NCBI RefSeq assembly: GCF_003367075.2
Contig: NZ_CP065936.1
Location: forward strand, 1,440,001 to 1,472,000
Length of the DNA: 32,000 nt
Origin: Cylindrospermopsis raciborskii Cr2010
Lineage (GTDB): Bacteria; Cyanobacteriota; Cyanobacteriia; Cyanobacteriales; Nostocaceae
Direction of reading: 5' to 3'
Shown here: positions 28,183 to 32,000 of the stretch, piece after piece
Position numbering within the stretch: the stretch's first letter is position 1
Layout of the letters: every line of letters begins with the position of its first letter
The notes under the pieces: generated by a model
Database searches by the model: none
The model's input: the letters and a program-made list of their open reading frames with translations, nothing else
Told to the model about the DNA's origin: nothing
Program-made: the position numbers and the translations under genes

Positions 28183-28241
28183 TAGTAGTTGGGTAGGAGA
28201 ACGAACTACCCTAGAAGCTACCCTAAAAAGTTGATAGTTAA

Positions 28242-30421
<2,180 letters not shown>

Positions 30422-30427
<6 letters not shown>

Positions 30428-31087
30428 GGATAGCACCAGATTGCTAGTTAATGTAATAGCCAAATCCTGTTCTGGGCGTAGAACAAACACATCAGCCCTG
30501 TTTTTTCTCAGTAACACACTGGCTAAAGCGCCCGCTGCTGCACCACCAATGGGTTCTAAAACCTCCACCTTTTTATTACCAGTGACCAGAGCTATCAAGG
30601 TTGCAGCACCAGCACCAATAGCAGCATCGGTTAGAATTTGACCAGTGTTACTTCCCTTAGTGATGGTTTCAGTTTTAGTGATGGTTCTGGAGTTGGCACT
30701 AATTGGTTGGGTTTTACCATTAGGAAACACCAATTCTGTAGCGACGAATCTTACCCCCCTTCTATTATTGCCACCTAAATTAACCGGTGTCAATTCTCCT
30801 GTTACCTCGCTATTAGCAGGGATTAAGATATTTCTATTACTATCCATAATATCATTAGCTATTCTCAGGGTCAGGGGTATTCTTTCCCCTGGTTGGAGAA
30901 TTATTTTTTCTTTTTCATAGGTTACAGGTAGGGTCACATTAGCTGGAATGGTAATCGTGCGCGGTTGGTTAAAGTTAAATTGTGCTTGAGCAGGATTAGG
31001 GTAGATCCAGGGAATAACAGCCCCTGTGTTAATGGCTATGGTCATTAATGCAGCAGCAGTTGATTTCCAAGTTATTAGACCACTCAT
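30422..31087 (-). CDS. Hypothetical secreted/membrane-associated protein
   Basis: 221 aa; signal-like N-terminus; VTGELTPVNLGGNNRRGVRFVATELVFPNG; glycine/alanine-rich GQILTDAAIGAGAATLIAL; stop codon lies at the right edge of the tandem array. Confidence 0.75.
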
Positions 31088-31208
31088 AAGATATTACCAA
31101 TAATTGTCTTGGATAGTATGACCTAATCCTGGCAAAATAGGTTCCAAATAATAACCCGCCCTAGGGCGGGTTATTAGAGTTTAACAGGTTACTAAGTCAA
31201 TGTTGAGC

Positions 31209-32000
31209 TTAGAAGCTGAAGGTGGTACGCAGTGTACCTACATAGATATTGGGGTTATTTTTGTTGTGTTCAGGATCTAGGATGACTAACACACCTGGGG
31301 TAATGAGAACGTTGTCAGAAACTTTGATTTTATACAAGCCTTCTACGTGTAAGGAAGTATCAGTTTCTCCGTTTATATTAGTACCTCCACTCTTACCGCC
31401 AGTGAATTTGGGAGGTTGACCGAAGACGAAACCAAGGGTGTTGCCTTCTCTCAGGAAGTCTTTAATTGCCACATTACCAGCCCAGTACCACACATCTCCA
31501 CTGGTGGGAGTACCTCCCAAGGTGCTCACAGTTGTGTAGCCTGCCCAACCACCTAATGAAATGCTAGGAGTAGCTTTTAGGTTCAATGCCACACCGTAGT
31601 TACTGGTTTCGACTTTTCCATTTAATCTTGCATTTAATGTTGTACCTACAGTACCTACAGCAGCACCACCACCAGTACTGTCAAACCCACCACTAAACCC
31701 ACCAGATGTTTGGTAAACATGGGCGTAGGTTAATCCGAGATTGATAGCCTGATTCGGCTTAAACGCCAACTGACCAATAATGGTACTGTCGCCCTCAAAA
31801 AGTCCTTTATTGGGACCCGGGTCAGACGCAGTAGCACTACCTCTAGCATAGTAACCAGCACCCAGGGTGATAGCGTCATTAGCTTTGAGGTTCAGTGCGA
31901 TACCAGATCCACCACGAGCTTGACGATAGATGGGACTAAAACGTCCGTAACGGGAGATGGAACCTGATCCACTGCTCTTAAAGTCAGGGTTAAAGGCTTC
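31209..32000 (-). CDS. Cyanobacterial outer-membrane porin (iron-uptake porin/SomA-like family), 5' end beyond window
   Basis: Frame stays open to the window edge (EAFNPDFKSSGSGSISRYGRFSPIYRQARGGSGIALNLKANDAITLGAGYYARGSATASDPGPNKGLFEGDSTIIGQLAFKPNQAINLG...). It ends VSDNVLITPGVLVILDPEHNKNNPNIYVGTLRTTFSF*, a C-terminal Phe beta-barrel signature. The track start at 31769 is an internal TTG. Confidence 0.88.
   Translation of the reverse strand, partial: EAFNPDFKSSGSGSISRYGRFSPIYRQARGGSGIALNLKANDAITLGAGYYARGSATASDPGPNKGLFEGDSTIIGQLAFKPNQAINLGLTYAHVYQTSGGFSGGFDSTGGGAAVGTVGTTLNARLNGKVETSNYGVALNLKATPSISLGGWAGYTTVSTLGGTPTSGDVWYWAGNVAIKDFLREGNTLGFVFGQPPKFTGGKSGGTNINGETDTSLHVEGLYKIKVSDNVLITPGVLVILDPEHNKNNPNIYVGTLRTTFSF

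Overview
The window is cyanobacterial chromosome, probably a filamentous heterocystous (Nostocales-type) genome; that placement is inferred from protein character and scattered GCGATCGC (HIP1) octamers. Most of it is housekeeping: a thioredoxin start (edge), glutamate racemase, AMIN/amidase_3 amidase, CPA2-type antiporter, tRNA-Ala(CGC), HAD phosphatase, squalene/phytoene synthase-family enzyme, Ser/Thr kinase, UDP-GlcNAc 2-epimerase, a KaiB-domain protein, an MBL-fold hydrolase, a TPR protein with a nuclease-like N-terminus, a NarL-type response regulator, groES-groEL with CIRCE and K-box, and an outer-membrane porin (edge). The least ordinary features are: (1) a ~75 bp region directly abutting the 3' end of tRNA-Ala that has four GACA-type motifs at ~20 bp spacing and ends in TGTACA. 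This resembles a Tn7-like / type V-K CAST transposon end, and the body would lie on the side holding an uncharacterised winged-helix + P-loop ATPase gene pair. (2) A 1927-aa multi-domain phosphorus-scavenging protein (EEP + phytase-like esterase + beta-propeller phytase + PhoD + RTX). (3) A three-unit tandem array of the groEL 3' end plus its downstream hairpin and a dispersed repeat. (4) An isolated TnpB-type gene lacking tnpA and lacking a canonical zinc finger, with hairpins at its 3' end. (5) KaiB-domain and nuclease-like/TPR fusion proteins. No CRISPR array, complete CAST or prophage was seen.
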